Assembly (NCBI GenBank): GCA_963514005.1 | Contig: OY740795.1 | Coordinates: 33,480,001-33,544,000, forward strand | Direction: 5' to 3' | Length of the DNA stretch: 64,000 nucleotides | Origin: Raja brachyura | Lineage: Eukaryota | Shown here: piece after piece, positions 24,092-37,590 of the stretch | Layout: every line of letters begins with the position of its first letter | How positions within the stretch are numbered: position 1 is the first letter of the stretch | Program-made: the position numbers and the translations under genes | Notes under the pieces: generated by a model | Databases searched by the model: none | Seen by the model: the letters and a program-made list of their open reading frames with translations, nothing else | What the model was told of the DNA's origin: nothing

Positions 24092-25530
24092 TCATATAGT
24101 CATAGAGTCATAGTGATACAATGTGGAAACAGGCCCTTTGGCCCAACTTGCCCACATCGGCCAACATGTCGCAGCTACACTAGTCCCAACTACCTCCTCT
24201 GGCAGCTTGTTCCATACATCCACCACACTTTGACAAAAGTTACCCATCAGATTCCTATTAAATCTTTTCTCCTTCACTTAAACCTATGTTCTCTGGTCCT
24301 CAATTCACCTACTCTGGGAAAGAGATTCTCTGCATCTACCTGACCTATTCCTCTCATGATTTTATATCCTATAGGATCACTGCTCATCCTCCTGCGCTCA
24401 GAAGAATAGAGTCCCAGCCTACTCAACCTCTCCCTATAGCTCACACCCTCTCCTCCTGGCAAAATATTCATAGTCAATAGATAATATGTGCAGCAGTAGG
24501 CCATTCGGCCCTTCGAGCCAGCACCGCCATTCACTGTGATCATGGCTGATCATCCACAATCTGTACCCCATTCCTGCCTTCTCCCCATATCCCCTGACTC
24601 CGCTATCTTTAAGAGCTCTATCTAACTCTCTCTAGAAAGCATCCAGAGAATTGGCCTCCACTACCTTCCGAGGCAGAGAATTTCACAGATTCACAACTCT
24701 CTGGGTGAAAACGTTTTTCATCATCTCCGTTCTAAATGGCCCACCGCTTATTCTTAAACTGTGACCCCTGGTTCTGGATGCCCCCCAATTTGAGAACGTG
24801 TTTCCTGCCTCTAGCGTATCCAATCCCTTAATAATCTTATATGTTTCAAGATCCCCTCTCATTCTTCTAAATTCCTGGAAAGAATGCATCTTCTCTGTAC
24901 CCTTTCCAGCTTGACAACATATTTCCTATAACATGGTGCTCAGAACTGAACGCAATATTCTAAATGCGGCCTCACCAACGTCTTATACAACTGCAACATG
25001 ACCTCCCAACTTCTATACTCAATACTGGCTGATGAAGGCCAAAAGCCTTGTTGACCACCCGATCTAGCTGCGACTCCATCTTCAAGGAACTATGCACCTG
25101 CACCCCTAGATCTGCTCTACAACACTTCCCAGAGCCCTGCCATTCACTGTGTCGGTCCTGCCCATTTTTTCAAAATGCAACACCTCACATTTCTCTGCAT
25201 TCAATTCCATCAACCATTCGTCAGCCCACCTGGCCAATCGATCAAGATCCTGCTGCAATTTCTCACTATCTTCGCTATCTGCAAAACCACTCACTTTTGT
25301 ATCGTCTGCAAACTTGCTAATCTTGCAGTGCATGTCCTCTTCCAAATCATTGATATAGATGACAAACAGTAACGGGCCAGCAGCAAACTTTGAGGCACAC
25401 CACTAGTCACAGGCCTCCAGTCCGAGAAGCAACCTTCCACCACCACCCTCTGCTTCCTTACATTACGCCAATTTTCTATCCACTCAGCTATCTCTCCTTG
25501 GATCCTGTACAGCCTACCATACGGAACCAT
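24092..25530 (-). mobile_element. CR1 LINE RT and 3' region, interrupted by a second CR1
   Basis: WRPVTSGVPQ, CKISKFADDTK, LQQDLDRLARWADEWLMELNAEKCEVLHF and LRTREHRFK motifs. Confidence 0.88.
24470..24877 (-). mobile_element. nested CR1 3' fragment of a different subfamily
   Basis: Has its own tail (agtaggccattcggcccttcgagccagcaccgcc) and SRTRGHSLRI...FTQRVVNL motif, inserted within the 24092-25530 copy. Confidence 0.8.
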
Positions 25531-26679
25531 ATCCTTCCATTACTATTCCTATCAATTCTTGCCATTTCCTGTGGAATTGATATTCTTCCTCCAACTGGCT
25601 ATACAAACAAAACACAAAGAAAACAACTATTGTAGAATCCTGAGTCCTACTGCAGGGAATACTATTACTGGTGTTGATCTAAAAAATTATTAGCATTTAT
25701 GATGTCAAACCATGGTAAAACATGGTGGAGTCTGGAAATCGGGAATAACACAAAACAAAATGCAGAAATTACTCAGGTCAGGCAGTATGGAAGAGAGAAA
25801 CATGGTTAATGCTCTTACATCACGAGTTCGAATCAAAGGTCATTGTCTGAAATTAACCTATGATATATGAGATGTACTCAGCTTTCTTAATAACACATAT
25901 ACAGGCATATCTTGCACAGGCACAGTGTTGCCTTATCAGTGCTGTCTTATTTACACGTAGACAATATTCACTAAATCAATAAATAACCATGGATGTACAT
26001 ATTTACTTAACGATGAATCCTCCCTGTGTTGCGTGATTCCAAGCTTATGAGACACTTCCTTCAAAGTTTGGCATCAAAAGCTCAACAACGATATTCCCAA
26101 CAAACACTTTAATGTGGCATGAAGCGAGGAATTTAGTAGTATTTAACCAATACACTAAAGGAAAGGGTCACTGGGGAACCAAGTCAAAGGTATTTTGTTT
26201 TGTGAATGCATGTTAAAAGTTATGCTGTTTCTTTTATTTCCTAAAGTTCAGTCCAATTGCAAAAAAAACACCCCAAAATTTCACAAAAGCAGTTCTCTAG
26301 AGCTAGAGTATTTCAGATGTCAATGCTCAGGAAGAAATTTACATTGGAACTTAACTCATTGGACAAAACACTGTTGGATTCACTGCTGCTACCTTCACAT
26401 TTAAAAATAAACTGCCCAGTTACAATAAACCATAGAAACTAAGAAGTGGGTATGCAATGCATCGTCACTTTGCTTGATGACATGACATACTTTAATTCCA
26501 GAGAAAAGAACTATCCAGGTTATGCACTATAAAATGTCTTGCTACTTTAACCTAGGAATAATATTAAGTATTCAAGTCACTCAGGTACAATTCCATGGTG
26601 GGGATTGGGTAAGTTATTCTCAGCTTGCTCAACTGATCAGTTTTATTGTGGAGCTACTTAATATTGATAAACTGGCTCT

Positions 26680-28185
26680 GGCCCATCTGGATCAACTACA
26701 GCTTGGCATTCATCACCTCCAAACTCATCACCAAGTTCTAAGACCTGGGGTTCTGTACCTTCCTTTGCAACTGAACCCTTGACTTCCTCATTAGCGGACC
26801 TCAATCAGTGCAGATTGGTGACAACATCTCCTCCTCACTGACCATCAACACAGGTGCACCTCAGGGCTGTGGGCTTAGCCCCCTACTCCACTCTCTTTAC
26901 ACCCATGATTGTGTGGCTAAGCACAGCTCCTATGCCATCTATTAATTCATCGACAACACCACTGTTGTAGGCTGAATCACAGATTGTGATGAGTCAGCGT
27001 GCAGGAGAAAACACCTGGTTGGGTGACGCCACAACAACCTCAACATGACTAAAGGGCCTGTCCCACTTGGGCCGTCATTTAAGCGACAGGCCGGTAGTGA
27101 CTGACTCGCGACGATCACGCGCGTCATCATACGTCCGCACAGCAGTCTGGAGTGCGTGACGTCATTTGAAGATAGACACAAAATGCTGGAGTAACTCAAC
27201 GGGACCGGCAGCATCTCTGGAGAGAAGGAATGGATGATGTTTCGGATCGAGACTCTTCTTCAGTCTGATTCTTCAATCACCCATTCCTTCTCTCCAGAGA
27301 TGCTGCCGGTCCCGCTGAGTTACTCCAGCATTTTGTGTCCATCTCCAATCATCTTGGCCCCGCTCTGGGAGTAAGAGTGGTGGCGGATCCGGATCCGCAA
27401 CAGCCGTGAGCCCCAGTCCGAGCTCGGCGATCGTTTGCCTGCTTCTGCTGCTGTTGGAGGTGAGACGTTGCGCCGCGCCAGGGTCTTGGGCCTGTCCCAC
27501 TTTGGCCGTCAGTTACGCAACAGGCCGGTGGCGTGCAAAGATTTAGTGCAGGACGAAGTCCACACTCCATGCGCTCGTCCCCACGCTACCCACGTGCTAC
27601 CCACGCGCTAGCAGGTCACGTAAATGGCGCGCAAATGATGGCCAAGTGGGACAGGCCCTTAACGAACTAATGGGAAATGACATCCTAGTTTTCATTGGTG
27701 CATCAGCGAAGGAGTTAGCAGCTTCAAATTCCTGGGTGTTAACATCTCAGATGACCTGGTCTGATCCCAGTACATAGAGGCAATCACAAAGAACTTGTGC
27801 TTGTGCCTCTACTTTCTTATAAGTTTAATGACATTCACCATGTTACTGAATACTCTAATAAACTTCTATAAATGTACTGCAGAAAGTAACCTGACTGGTT
27901 GCTCATGCATGGTACGGCAATTCCAACGCACAGGAAAATAAGCTGCAGAGAGTGGCGAACTCAGCCTGGTTCATTACAGGCACTGTATTGCTGTCCATCG
28001 AGAGCATCTACATGAAACGCTGCCTCAAAAAGGTGGCATCCATCATCAAGGATCCGCATCAACCGGTAAAGCCCTCTTCTCGCTGCTACCGTTAGGCAGG
28101 AGGTACAGAAGCCTGAAGTCCCACACCATCAGAAGAGGAACAGTTACTTTCTGACAACCTTGAAGCAACCTGCACAACTCTAAAC
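26680..28185 (+). mobile_element. Rex1/Babar LINE RT remnant split by a MITE
   Basis: Encodes NTGAPQGCGLSPLLHSLYTHDCVA, a decayed KFADDTTVVG-like motif and SFKFLGVNISDDL; the sequence resumes after the MITE at 27663. Confidence 0.8.
27053..27659. mobile_element. PIF/Harbinger MITE (family A) with palindromic Penelope cargo
   Basis: TIRs AGGGCCTGTCCCACTTGG / CCAAGTGGGACAGGCCCT and TAA TSD (27050-27052, 27660-27662). Internal head-to-head repeat pair at 27166-27345 and an internal copy of the left end at about 27488. Confidence 0.88.
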
Positions 28186-29129
28186 TGTAGAAACAAAGAA
28201 CTGCAGATGCTGGTTGATCCCAAAGATAAATAGTTACTGCTGAGTTCCATGGTGGCTGTGTCACATTTGGAAGCTCAGAAATTGTCATGGAAAAATGAAG
28301 TTCCAAAGAAGCTCTAAATTAAAAAAAGCTAATTTTGTACAAAATCATCTTTATTTAATTTCATTCCATGTGCAAGTATTGTTTGATTGTTTTGAAGAAA
28401 CAGTCAATAATTCGACAAGGTTGAAAGAACGTGGAAGGGTTTGGGACAAAAGGCTGTGGATTCACAGCCAATGCAGGATGTGGAGCATAAAGTCTAAGCC
28501 AGAAGATTCCTTCATACTGAAGGTTGTCTTTTCAATGGGAGCCAGGAAAATCCAATCCATGTGCATCATGAGGTGCCCAAGGGTTCTATATAACCAACAG
28601 AAGCTTAATGATTACCATGTGGGATTGGGTGTTCTCTAAACATACAGACCATATGCCAATGGCACCAGAAATAATCATTAACATAAATAATTGTGTACAA
28701 TTCCTGCAGCAGCTTTTCTCCGAACTAATATGCCCATGTCTAACTGTGATGCATTCATCCAGCAACTTATAAAGCTTGAAGAATAAAATCCTATGAAGAT
28801 GGTATTTAAAGTGGTTTCATTGTTTCACATGGATTATGCAGGTTTGTTTTGGACTTCAAGTTATTTTTAGGCCACTCATGCCTTTTTTACAGCTTTTGTG
28901 TTCCATAAGTAGATTTTGTTCTGCAACTGTTATGCTGCACTTTTTCATCCTCTTCAGAAAATGTTTATTTCATTCGGGATTGCTTCAGGTTTGCCTTTGG
29001 AATGGGAGGAGGAGAGGTTGCAGAAAAGTTGAGAGAAGGAGTTTTAAGTAGAAGGTGGACAAAGAAGAGGGCAATGCCTGGGAGTCCATTCCCACAACTG
29101 GTCTTCATGATAAACCTTCCATGCCTTAA

Positions 29130-29245
29130 AAAAGATCCCAACCCGATACATCGCCCATCCATGACCTCCAGAGATGCCGCCTGACCCATGAATTACTCCA
29201 GCATTTTGTGTTTCAAGCAAGATTCCATCATGTGCAGTTTTTAGT
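29130..29245 (+). mobile_element. Penelope-derived repeat, degenerate
   Basis: acccgatacatcgcccatcc...ctccagagatgccgcctgacccatgaattactccagcattttgtg. Confidence 0.65.
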
Positions 29246-30084
29246 GCTTCCATGTCTTAACTTCACCGAGCAACAATAAATAAGGTGGCCTAAGCTACAT
29301 TATAGGAGCTGTCATTGAATTATCCAACCACCTGCAACCTCAAGTGGAATACCATGGACACCACTGCAGCGATCATCTGCCCCACAGCCCTTCACTTTAT
29401 CCTCATGAAGCTGTTCCAGTCCACAATGAATGATATCAGTACTGCATCTCATACTGAGGTGCACTACTGATATCACACATTGTGGACAAGACTGCTTCAT
29501 GAGGACAATACAGACATACTGAGGTGACTGAGGCTCTCCATACCATCAAGAATACATCGCCCGTGCACAGAGTGAAGGAAACTAACCCTAAGCTCAAGGT
29601 AGAGTTGATCAGAAAAAACAAACCTGATGCACAGTCTCGAACCAAAACATTGACAATTTCTTTCCCCTTGACTCGCTGAGCTCCCCCAGCAGTTTGCTTT
29701 TGATCCAGTTTCCAGCATTGACAGCTCTTATGTCTCCGTGGAATGGATTGGATCCACATTTCATTGGGTCCACCATCAACCTGAGACTTGTGTCACCGAA
29801 TATGGAATCTGTTTGTAAATATATAGGGCTTCTGGAGTGGCACTGGTAAACGTAAGGGCTGATCTACAGCCTTTGCAGTTATATTCTCCCTCTTTATAGT
29901 TTTGCAGCCAGAGTGCAATGCCCACTTTAAGAGCTTGCTTTAAATGGTACTATAGATGAATGATTTCCCAAGAACATCCCAATAGGAATGTAGCCTATAA
30001 GCAGCATTGTGAGCTTCAACGCATCAGTTTCACAAGAGTCTTGCATGTATTGTTTGCTGAGGCATCAGTTTCCAAGAATAGCTG

Positions 30085-30350
30085 AATTTTTCCGCTGAGA
30101 TGTTAAACCACGCAGATATAAAGGTGGATCCCTTGGCATATTCAAAGAAGAGAAGGCTTTTGTTCCCAGTATCCATGCCAATAATTATCTGTCAATCAAC
30201 ATTACTGAAGCAGATTATCTGGTCATTATTACATTGTTGTTTGTGGAACCATACTGTGTGGAAATTGACTGCTCTATTTCCCTACATTCCAAGAGTGAGT
30301 GCTTCTCAACAATACTTTATTAACCACTAAATACTTTGGGAAGCACAGAG
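30085..30350 (+). mobile_element. Deu-domain SINE (SacSINE1/AmnSINE1-like)
   Basis: gagatgttaaacc...gatcccttggcatattcaaagaagag...cagattatctggtcattattacattgttgtttgtggaa...tgtgtggaaattgactgc matches the Deu-domain consensus as I recall it. Confidence 0.75.
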
Positions 30351-31953
30351 GGTCCCCTTTGTCTTTATCCCTCATCTTCCAATAAAGAATAATACTTTGT
30401 TAAAAAAAAATCATAATCAGCAATTAATTTGGCAATTTCACTTTTAAGTGATACTAATAAATTAATTTTCCTAATTTAGAATTGGCATTGTCGACACATT
30501 TATTCCTAAATTGTGAGGATGATCTGCTGCAGTGAAGATGAAGGTAAATTTACAGATGTCATGTGCGACTGTATCAGAAAAAAAAAAGCAGCGGTGGGCA
30601 GTGGCAAGGAGGAGAGAAAACAGAGAGAAATAAAAGATGCAATTTTTGACAATTGACAATGTAATTTAGATGTGGGTGTCCCCTTGCAGAGTATAAGACT
30701 ATTCTGAATGAATGGTAGCAATGGATTATCTTTCTCTTCTTGTGAGTTGGGGCAAATTCAGTCTATTGTTGCTTTAAACAAGTTTGTATAGGAACAATGG
30801 AAACATTATAAAAGTATGAATAAATACCACTGTTTTCTGCTTTTTTATAGTTTCAAATTATTTGCCTGCATTTGTAATATATTACTATGGAGTTCTTTTT
30901 AGAACACTTCATTGATTCTGCTCTGTGAGGTCTGAAGACAAGAAAACAAATACTTTTCAACATGCTGTCTCTTAAATGTTATGGTAAAGTTAATGCACTA
31001 CCTTATGCTGGAGTCAATGTAGCTAAGATAGGTTGGTGCACAGTGCAATTCACAACTATCAGTTCATTAGTGTACTGTGGACACTGAACCGCTTACACAA
31101 GAGGAAAATTCACTGCTTTGCTTTTAAACTTCAATCATTTGAAAGTGAGGGCTTTCAGCATTTTCAAGTATAAGTTGGATTTGCAGTTGTAACAAGGGCT
31201 AAAGTTTCATGTTGGCTGTGATTACTCCTTGGAACTGGCAACAACCGGCCCTTCTGTGGAAATGCAGTTGCATATTGAAACAAAAATGCTGCTGTCACTA
31301 TTTAGATCCTTGTCGACAGTCTGTCTGTTTTCAAGCCTTCCCCACTACAAATAAGGGAAATCAATTGAACTGATGAGAATTTCAGGTATAAGCAAACCAG
31401 TCCCCTGTTAAACAATCTGAAAGGATCATGCCTTAAATGTGTTTCTGAATGCATATTATGCTATAAAATCCTATTTAAAAAAAAACTAAGAGTCTGGGTT
31501 TGTACTTTACTTACATAGATTTAAAATAGATCAAAAATTCCCCTAGTATGATTTTCACCTTCACTTTAATCATATATGTTTCAATCTTTGTTCATCACAC
31601 CATGTAATGTTTAATAATGTGCTTCCCTTTTATTATCTATAGTCTGACAATTCTTTAATTGATTGGCCTCTCAGTACAGGTTAATGGGAACAAGGGTGCT
31701 GCACTCCAGGAATTTTCTTTGAATCGACATTTAAGAAGAAGGGAAAAAGAACAATCCCGTGGTGCAGAAATCTCGAGAACCTTGCGGGCAGCTCTCTCAG
31801 GATAGCAGTGTGTGCTGTCACTAAGCCAGTGACCACAAAATTCATGCCACTCTTTTTAAATGTGGTCTATATCTGTAAATGTGCCAGCATGTCCTCTTAT
31901 ATACTGAGCTGGAAAGTTCGGTGAAAGAGCCTGGGAAACAGAAGTTTGAGTCA

Positions 31954-32626
31954 TGGGCCTGTCCCACAGGCGAATTTTCAGGCGACTGTTAAGTTGCCGG
32001 CAGTCGCCTGAAACACCAGCAACTGGAACGGCGACTATCACACACAAACACACCACTTCCTTCACCAGCCCGTTATGCAGACAGGGCAAGCAAGGGGAGC
32101 GCTGTCTGAGTGAAATTCACACGGTACAAAGCCAAGGTGATACATACACACACCGTGATGAACAAGAAGCTGTAATTAAGACAGCTAAACCACAGTTTAC
32201 GGTAAGTCCTTTAAAAGAGGGGGGTGGAGGGGAAGGGGGGGGGGTGGAGAGGGGATAAGGAGGGAGAAGGAGTGGTAAGGATGGAGAAGGAGTGGGGATA
32301 ACTTTTAAGAAGCCAGAGATACACGGCTGCGAAGCTCAGTGGACATTTAACATTACGTTTTTCTCCCCAATGGGTCAATTAAATTCACTGGCCACAACCT
32401 ACGAGAACCTTCGACCTCCTGGCAACCCACTAGGACCTCCAGGCGACCCACCTACAGCACGAGAATTCTCGCTACTCTCCATGGCGGCTTCATTCTGGTC
32501 GCCGCTAATTTTTCAACATGTTGAAAATCCCAGAATGCGGGAACTCCTCATGACCACGCGCGAACATGTGGCGACCGCAGAGTCTCCTGCAGTCGTCTAA
32601 AAAGTCGCCTAAGTGGGACAGGCCCA
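31954..32626. mobile_element. PIF/Harbinger MITE (family C)
   Basis: TIRs TGGGCCTGTCCCAC / GTGGGACAGGCCCA, flanks TCA / TAA (TSD with one mismatch) and internal palindrome ttttcaacatgttgaaaa (32510-32527). Confidence 0.82.
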
Positions 32627-33123
32627 TAAACCACTGGATTTTTTTAGCCTGCTTCTCGATTCAATCTTGTTATCTCAACTTCACTTCCCAACTCATCCAC
32701 ATACCCTTCAATTCTCCTTGTGACCAAGAATCCATCCATCAATCTCACTCTTTCATATTCACCCACTAACTTCTAAAAAGGATTCAAAATTTGTTCTTAA
32801 ATTCAGTATTAAATGCCTGACCTTAAATGCCTGATTAAGGCTCATAGTTTTATATTATCCTTGCTGAAGAAATAGCCATTCAACAATAAGCGTTCAAAGA
32901 GTGTTGAACATTAGAACCCGATTATCTTTTAGACTGCAGAGAACCCAGGCCGTTCTCATTGGGCAATGACCTCATCCCAGAAACAATACATTAAACCCTT
33001 GTGCATCCCTCTATTTCAAGTATTTACTTCCTTAGATAAAGGTACTGAAACAGTTCTCAGAGGTGGAATTACATCTCATATACTATTAGTCCAAGGATTT
33101 TGTACTTTGATAGAGTGGAGTAA

Positions 33124-33330
33124 AGGGCCTGTCCCACCAGCATGCGATTGCATGCGTCTAACCCGCCTCCTGTCCAGCTGCTTGGTTAGTATGATGTTGG
33201 GACCAGCCCTGCACAACTCCACAAGCCTCTACGGTTCGAAGTGGAAATGGCCCCGCGAGGCCGTACGCCTCAAGCGACCACGTTTGGTTGCGCTAGACGC
33301 ATGCAATCGCATGCTGGTGGGACAGGCCCT
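33124..33330. mobile_element. PIF/Harbinger MITE (family B, internally deleted, 207 bp)
   Basis: Long perfect TIRs AGGGCCTGTCCCACCAGCATGCGATTGCATGCGTCTA; TAA TSD (33121-33123, 33331-33333). Confidence 0.9.
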
Positions 33331-33757
33331 TAAGGTTCAACTCATCTCCATTGGCTATTAAGTCACATTTGCTTGACCCTAATGTGATGCCAAAGGGGAT
33401 AAGCATCCACATGTGTAACTCCTTCCAAATGAATTGTAAAATTTACATTGATGCATGATATAGATATTCGGACCTTCCTGTTGCCAGCATGGCTCAAATT
33501 GCCAGTAAATGTGTTTTGAAGTATAATTAAAGCTGTTATGCAAATAATAGTCTTGCCGAATTTGGTATCATGAGATACACTACAAATTCATTTCTTTTGA
33601 TCGCATTGGTTGAGTGGCCTTCGCATATAAATGAACTCCCACAAAAATAAAGAGGGTGGTGAGCGGGAAACCAACCAATGGTGAATTTAGTCGACCAGCA
33701 TACACAAAGAGACCAAGTTACAGAAGATTCAATTCAAAAGTCATTTTTTTAATAACG

Positions 33758-33879
33758 ATGTGTAGGAAAGAACTGTTGGGTTACATTGAAGGTAGACAAA
33801 ATGCTGGAGTAACTCAGCGGGCCAGGCAGCATCACTGGGGAGAAGGAATGAGTGACGTTTCGGGTCGAGACCCTTCAGA
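33758..33879 (-). mobile_element. Penelope-derived repeat with hammerhead-like core
   Basis: Minus strand ctgaagggtctcgacccgaaacgtcactc (3 nt deletion in the core) plus family body. Confidence 0.75.
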
Positions 33880-34506
33880 TTTGTTTCAAATGATCTGTTC
33901 CATTGTATAAAACACAAATGGAATGTTCATTGGTGCTGAGCAGTCCGTTTGCTTTTTACAGAATGGAACATCAAACTATGAAAGCAGTCTGTTCTAGGTT
34001 CTATCTGGTAAATTGATCATGATGGATTGGGATTTTATGCAATTTTTGGAAATTACATTTCTTGAACTGTACAAAATCAAATACAAGCAGATTTTCTTTT
34101 AAATGTTTCATAACTTTTTTCCACTTTCTAGACACTGAAACCTGGATGAGACTTTCTACATTGTAACAAGACATTCAGATAAATCAAATCGGAAGTTGAA
34201 CATTCACTAGACTTCAAAGAGGAATCATCTGTTCATCTGCATGAAACTTAATTTATTTTACCACATAGTTAATCCAGACCTTGAACCGAGACTGCAGGTT
34301 GGTGTGTAGTCAGACTGAAAGTGGACTGCCGTCAGGGTGAAGCCTGTGGTGTCAACTCCACCTACATTGACGAATAGCAACTCTAGATATAGCAAACTTT
34401 ACATCCATAGAGAGTAATAATTAGGAGGAACTGGAATGGGTCTTCCCCATGACAGTCAGTGAGGGACATTTTGGAGATTGTTTACTGACTACAAATAAAG
34501 GATGAG

Positions 34507-34824
34507 AGTGGCACAGCAGTAGAGTCACTGTCTTACAGTGCCAGAGACCCAGGTTAGATCCTGACCACGGGTGCTGTCTGTATGGAGTTTGTACATTCTC
34601 CCTGTGACGCGGGTTCTCTCTGGGTGCTCCAGTTTCCTCCAACACTTAAAAAGATGTGCGGGTTTGTAGGTTAATTGGCTTCTATAAATTGCCCCAAATG
34701 TGTAGGATTAGTGTACGGAGTGATCGCTAGTGTATGGGGTGATCGCTGGTCAGCGTGGACTCGGTGGGCCGAAGGGCCTGTTTCCACACTGTGTGTCTAA
34801 AGTCGAAAGTGTAAAAGTCTAAAG
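34507..34824 (+). mobile_element. tRNA-derived V-SINE (HE1-like)
   Basis: A-box/B-box-like head (gtggcacagcagtagag...ggttagatcc), V-domain, and tail gggccgaagggcctgtttcc with a terminal (tctaaag)-like repeat. Confidence 0.82.
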
Positions 34825-35219
34825 TTTCGAATATCTGGAGTTCCTGCAGTATTCTTTAAGTTCTTTGCAGATTTTTTCTCCCTTTCCCTATTCAGCCTTT
34901 CATTACATCTAGGATAGTGTGGGCTTGTAACATTTTCCCAGTATATGCTTGCCAGGTGGAGTGCACGATTTGGTCAAGATTACTGTACATTTCCTTTCCC
35001 TGGTGGGAAACTTGTAACTTGTTGCTTTGTATATAATCATAGGCTTAGTTCTCAAACACATCTATGCAATCAGACATTGGATGCAATTTTCTGCCCATGT
35101 TGGTCCAGAGGCAACACACAGTCACCCATGCCTTCAATAGCTATCAATCTCTTATATAAAATGAAACATATCTTGTGATGGGATCTGAGTGTTCTGGTTA
35201 ACAATGTTGCACATTTAGT

Positions 35220-35800
35220 GTGCATGTCCAGCAAGCAATTAAGAATGCTGACGGAGTTTATAGTTTATTGCTACAGAATCTAACATCTGGATCTCTGTGT
35301 ACAGTAATGGTCTCTTTATCTCAGGAAGGATGTTCATGCATTGGAAACAACCCAGAGAAGGTTTACTAAATGAGACTCCGGAGTGAGCAGGTTGTCTAAT
35401 GAGGAAAGACTAAACAGGTTAATATTGTACACTGCTGTTGGAAGAGCGGAAGGTGAGAGGATCGAAGATTTAGAGAGTCCATGATAGGGGGAATATGGAA
35501 ACAGAATCTAGAACTGAGTCCGTACTGACCAGCGGAAAGGAATTAAGGTAAAAGTGAGGTGAAGAATTTTTCTCTCTGGGCATTTAGAGTCATTTGAACT
35601 CTCTTCCTCAAAGGGCGGTGAATTCAAAATCCTTGCATATTATTAAGGCAGAGGGGGATGGACTCTGAATAAACATGGGGCTTTGCGCTAACTGTGAATA
35701 GATGGGAATGTGAAGATAAGGTTCCAAACAGTTGAGCCATAGTTGTCAACTGATGGGGCAGCTCAAGAGTACACTCCTGCTCCTGATGCATAAATTTGTA
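35220..35800 (+). mobile_element. decayed CR1 LINE 3' fragment
   Basis: tctcaggaaggatgttcatgcattggaa...cagagaaggtttactaa...tatgtctaatgaggaaag-like motifs and a CR1-type tail. Confidence 0.6.
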
Positions 35801-36839
35801 TATTTGTGAAATGAGTGGCAGTTTTCCCTGGACCACGATGAATTGGCATCAAATAACAATTCTATTGTCATTTTTATAGATCTGTCAAATACATATCAGA
35901 CATTTCTGAAGACAAAAGATTTAAAACAGATATATCCAACAGAAAATAGTTCCTGTTTCCTTTGGTACAATGCTTGTATTTTGGATGATAGGCAAATGCT
36001 CATACTACATTGCCCTTGTGCTTCATGGTTTAGTCTCTTTGATTTTATAGTCTACTTGTCTGATTTACTGAAGTTCAACTTCATAACCCTTTGTCTTCCT
36101 TTCTTTTGATATCTTTTCCGTCATTCGTAAAAAAGTTTTAAAAAGTTCACACACACAAAACACTACATATGCATGTCAGACATACAGATTTTCTGGTAAC
36201 TATGCTCTGCATTGTAAAATAATCTAGCACCACAAGTGAATAGTTTGTTGAAACAACAATGTTATTGACTTGTTGCTACTGTTCTATTTGGTTGTTACCC
36301 TGGAGGCCACAATCAATAGACTTTACACCCCATTAGACTAACAAATTCCAGGCCATAGCTGGAATAGTGCCAAGTTCTGCAATAAAATCTATGGCAATCA
36401 AATGCTCTCATGGGAAATGAACTGAACTGTAAGACAGTTGTTCACACTAATTAAAATATTTTTTCCCAACTAAGGGTACCACATATAGCAAATGACAGTA
36501 CACACAGACATGGCTGTATGTAGATGGCATTTCTGAACTTATTTCTTTTTAAAAAAGACATAATAAGTGACTGAGTAAAACCAAAAGCAGCAATATGCCC
36601 ATCCCTTTAATTAAAGACAATGTTGCAATATACTGTCAAACACAAGCATTTTAATCTTTGTTTGCGTGGTACTAAACTTCACCAGAAAATTGCATTTTGA
36701 AACTGCTGCCTCACTCACGTAAATCACTTTTATTTATATGCCTATTTTATCTGAACTCTAATTTTGAAGACAAAAGGAGTAACATAATAATATAGAAATG
36801 AGCTATTGGAACAATGATAAACATACTTAGAAATAAGTT

Positions 36840-37064
36840 GTGCAAGAAAGAACTGCAGATGCTGGTTTAAATCGAAGGTAGACACAAAATGCTGGAGTAA
36901 CTCAGCAGGTGAGGCAGCATCTCTGGAGAGAAGGAATGGGCGATGGTTCGGCTCGAGACCCTTCTTCAGACTGATCAGGGTCTCGACCCAAAACGTCGCC
37001 CAGTCCCTCTCTCCAGAGATGCCGCCTCACCCGCTGAGTTACTCCAGCATTTTGTGTCTACCTT
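36840..37064. mobile_element. head-to-head palindromic pair of Penelope-derived repeats
   Basis: aaggtagacacaaaatgctggagtaactcagc...gagacccttcttcaga | ctgatcagggtctcgacccaaaacgtc...gctgagttactccagcattttgtgtctacctt; about 90 bp arms. Confidence 0.85.
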
Positions 37065-37394
37065 AGAAATAAGCTGTTTTATGCTGGGCCACAAAGTTAT
37101 ACCAAATCTCCAGCTGTTAATAATCACAAAGTCTGCATTAAAGCTACATTGCTGAGTGAACTCACCTTTGGTCACCACTTGAGAACCAACACTTAAAGGG
37201 TTGCTACTACAGTAAATACTTAATTCACTGAACTTTTAAAATTGGTTAGTTTAGGTAACAACATTGATTATTTGTTTGGTCAATTAACTAAAAACATATT
37301 TCCCAACATGCTAAATTGGGGTTCTCAGATTTTACGATGCTGATAGATTTTATGATGCTGAGTAGAAGGTGACATGCAGGTGCTGGTTTACAAA

Positions 37395-37590
37395 AGAAGA
37401 GTCCCGACACAAAATGTCGCCGATCCATGTCCTCCAAAAGAGCTGCCTAACCTGCTGCGTTACTCCAGAACTTTGTATCCTTTTTAACCACAAATAGAAT
37501 TCTAATCAGGAAGAATTAGTAGGTAAAGATAGAGAGAGCAACTGCCCTTGATCCGCGGGGTAGACTAGCAATCCCTGGCAACTGGACCAC
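37395..37590 (+). repeat. direct repeat copy 1 (Penelope-derived repeat plus about 100 bp flank)
   Basis: caaatagaattctaatcaggaagaattagtaggtaaagat...gcccttgatcc...gtagactagcaatccctggcaactggac recurs at 38983-39078. Confidence 0.8.
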
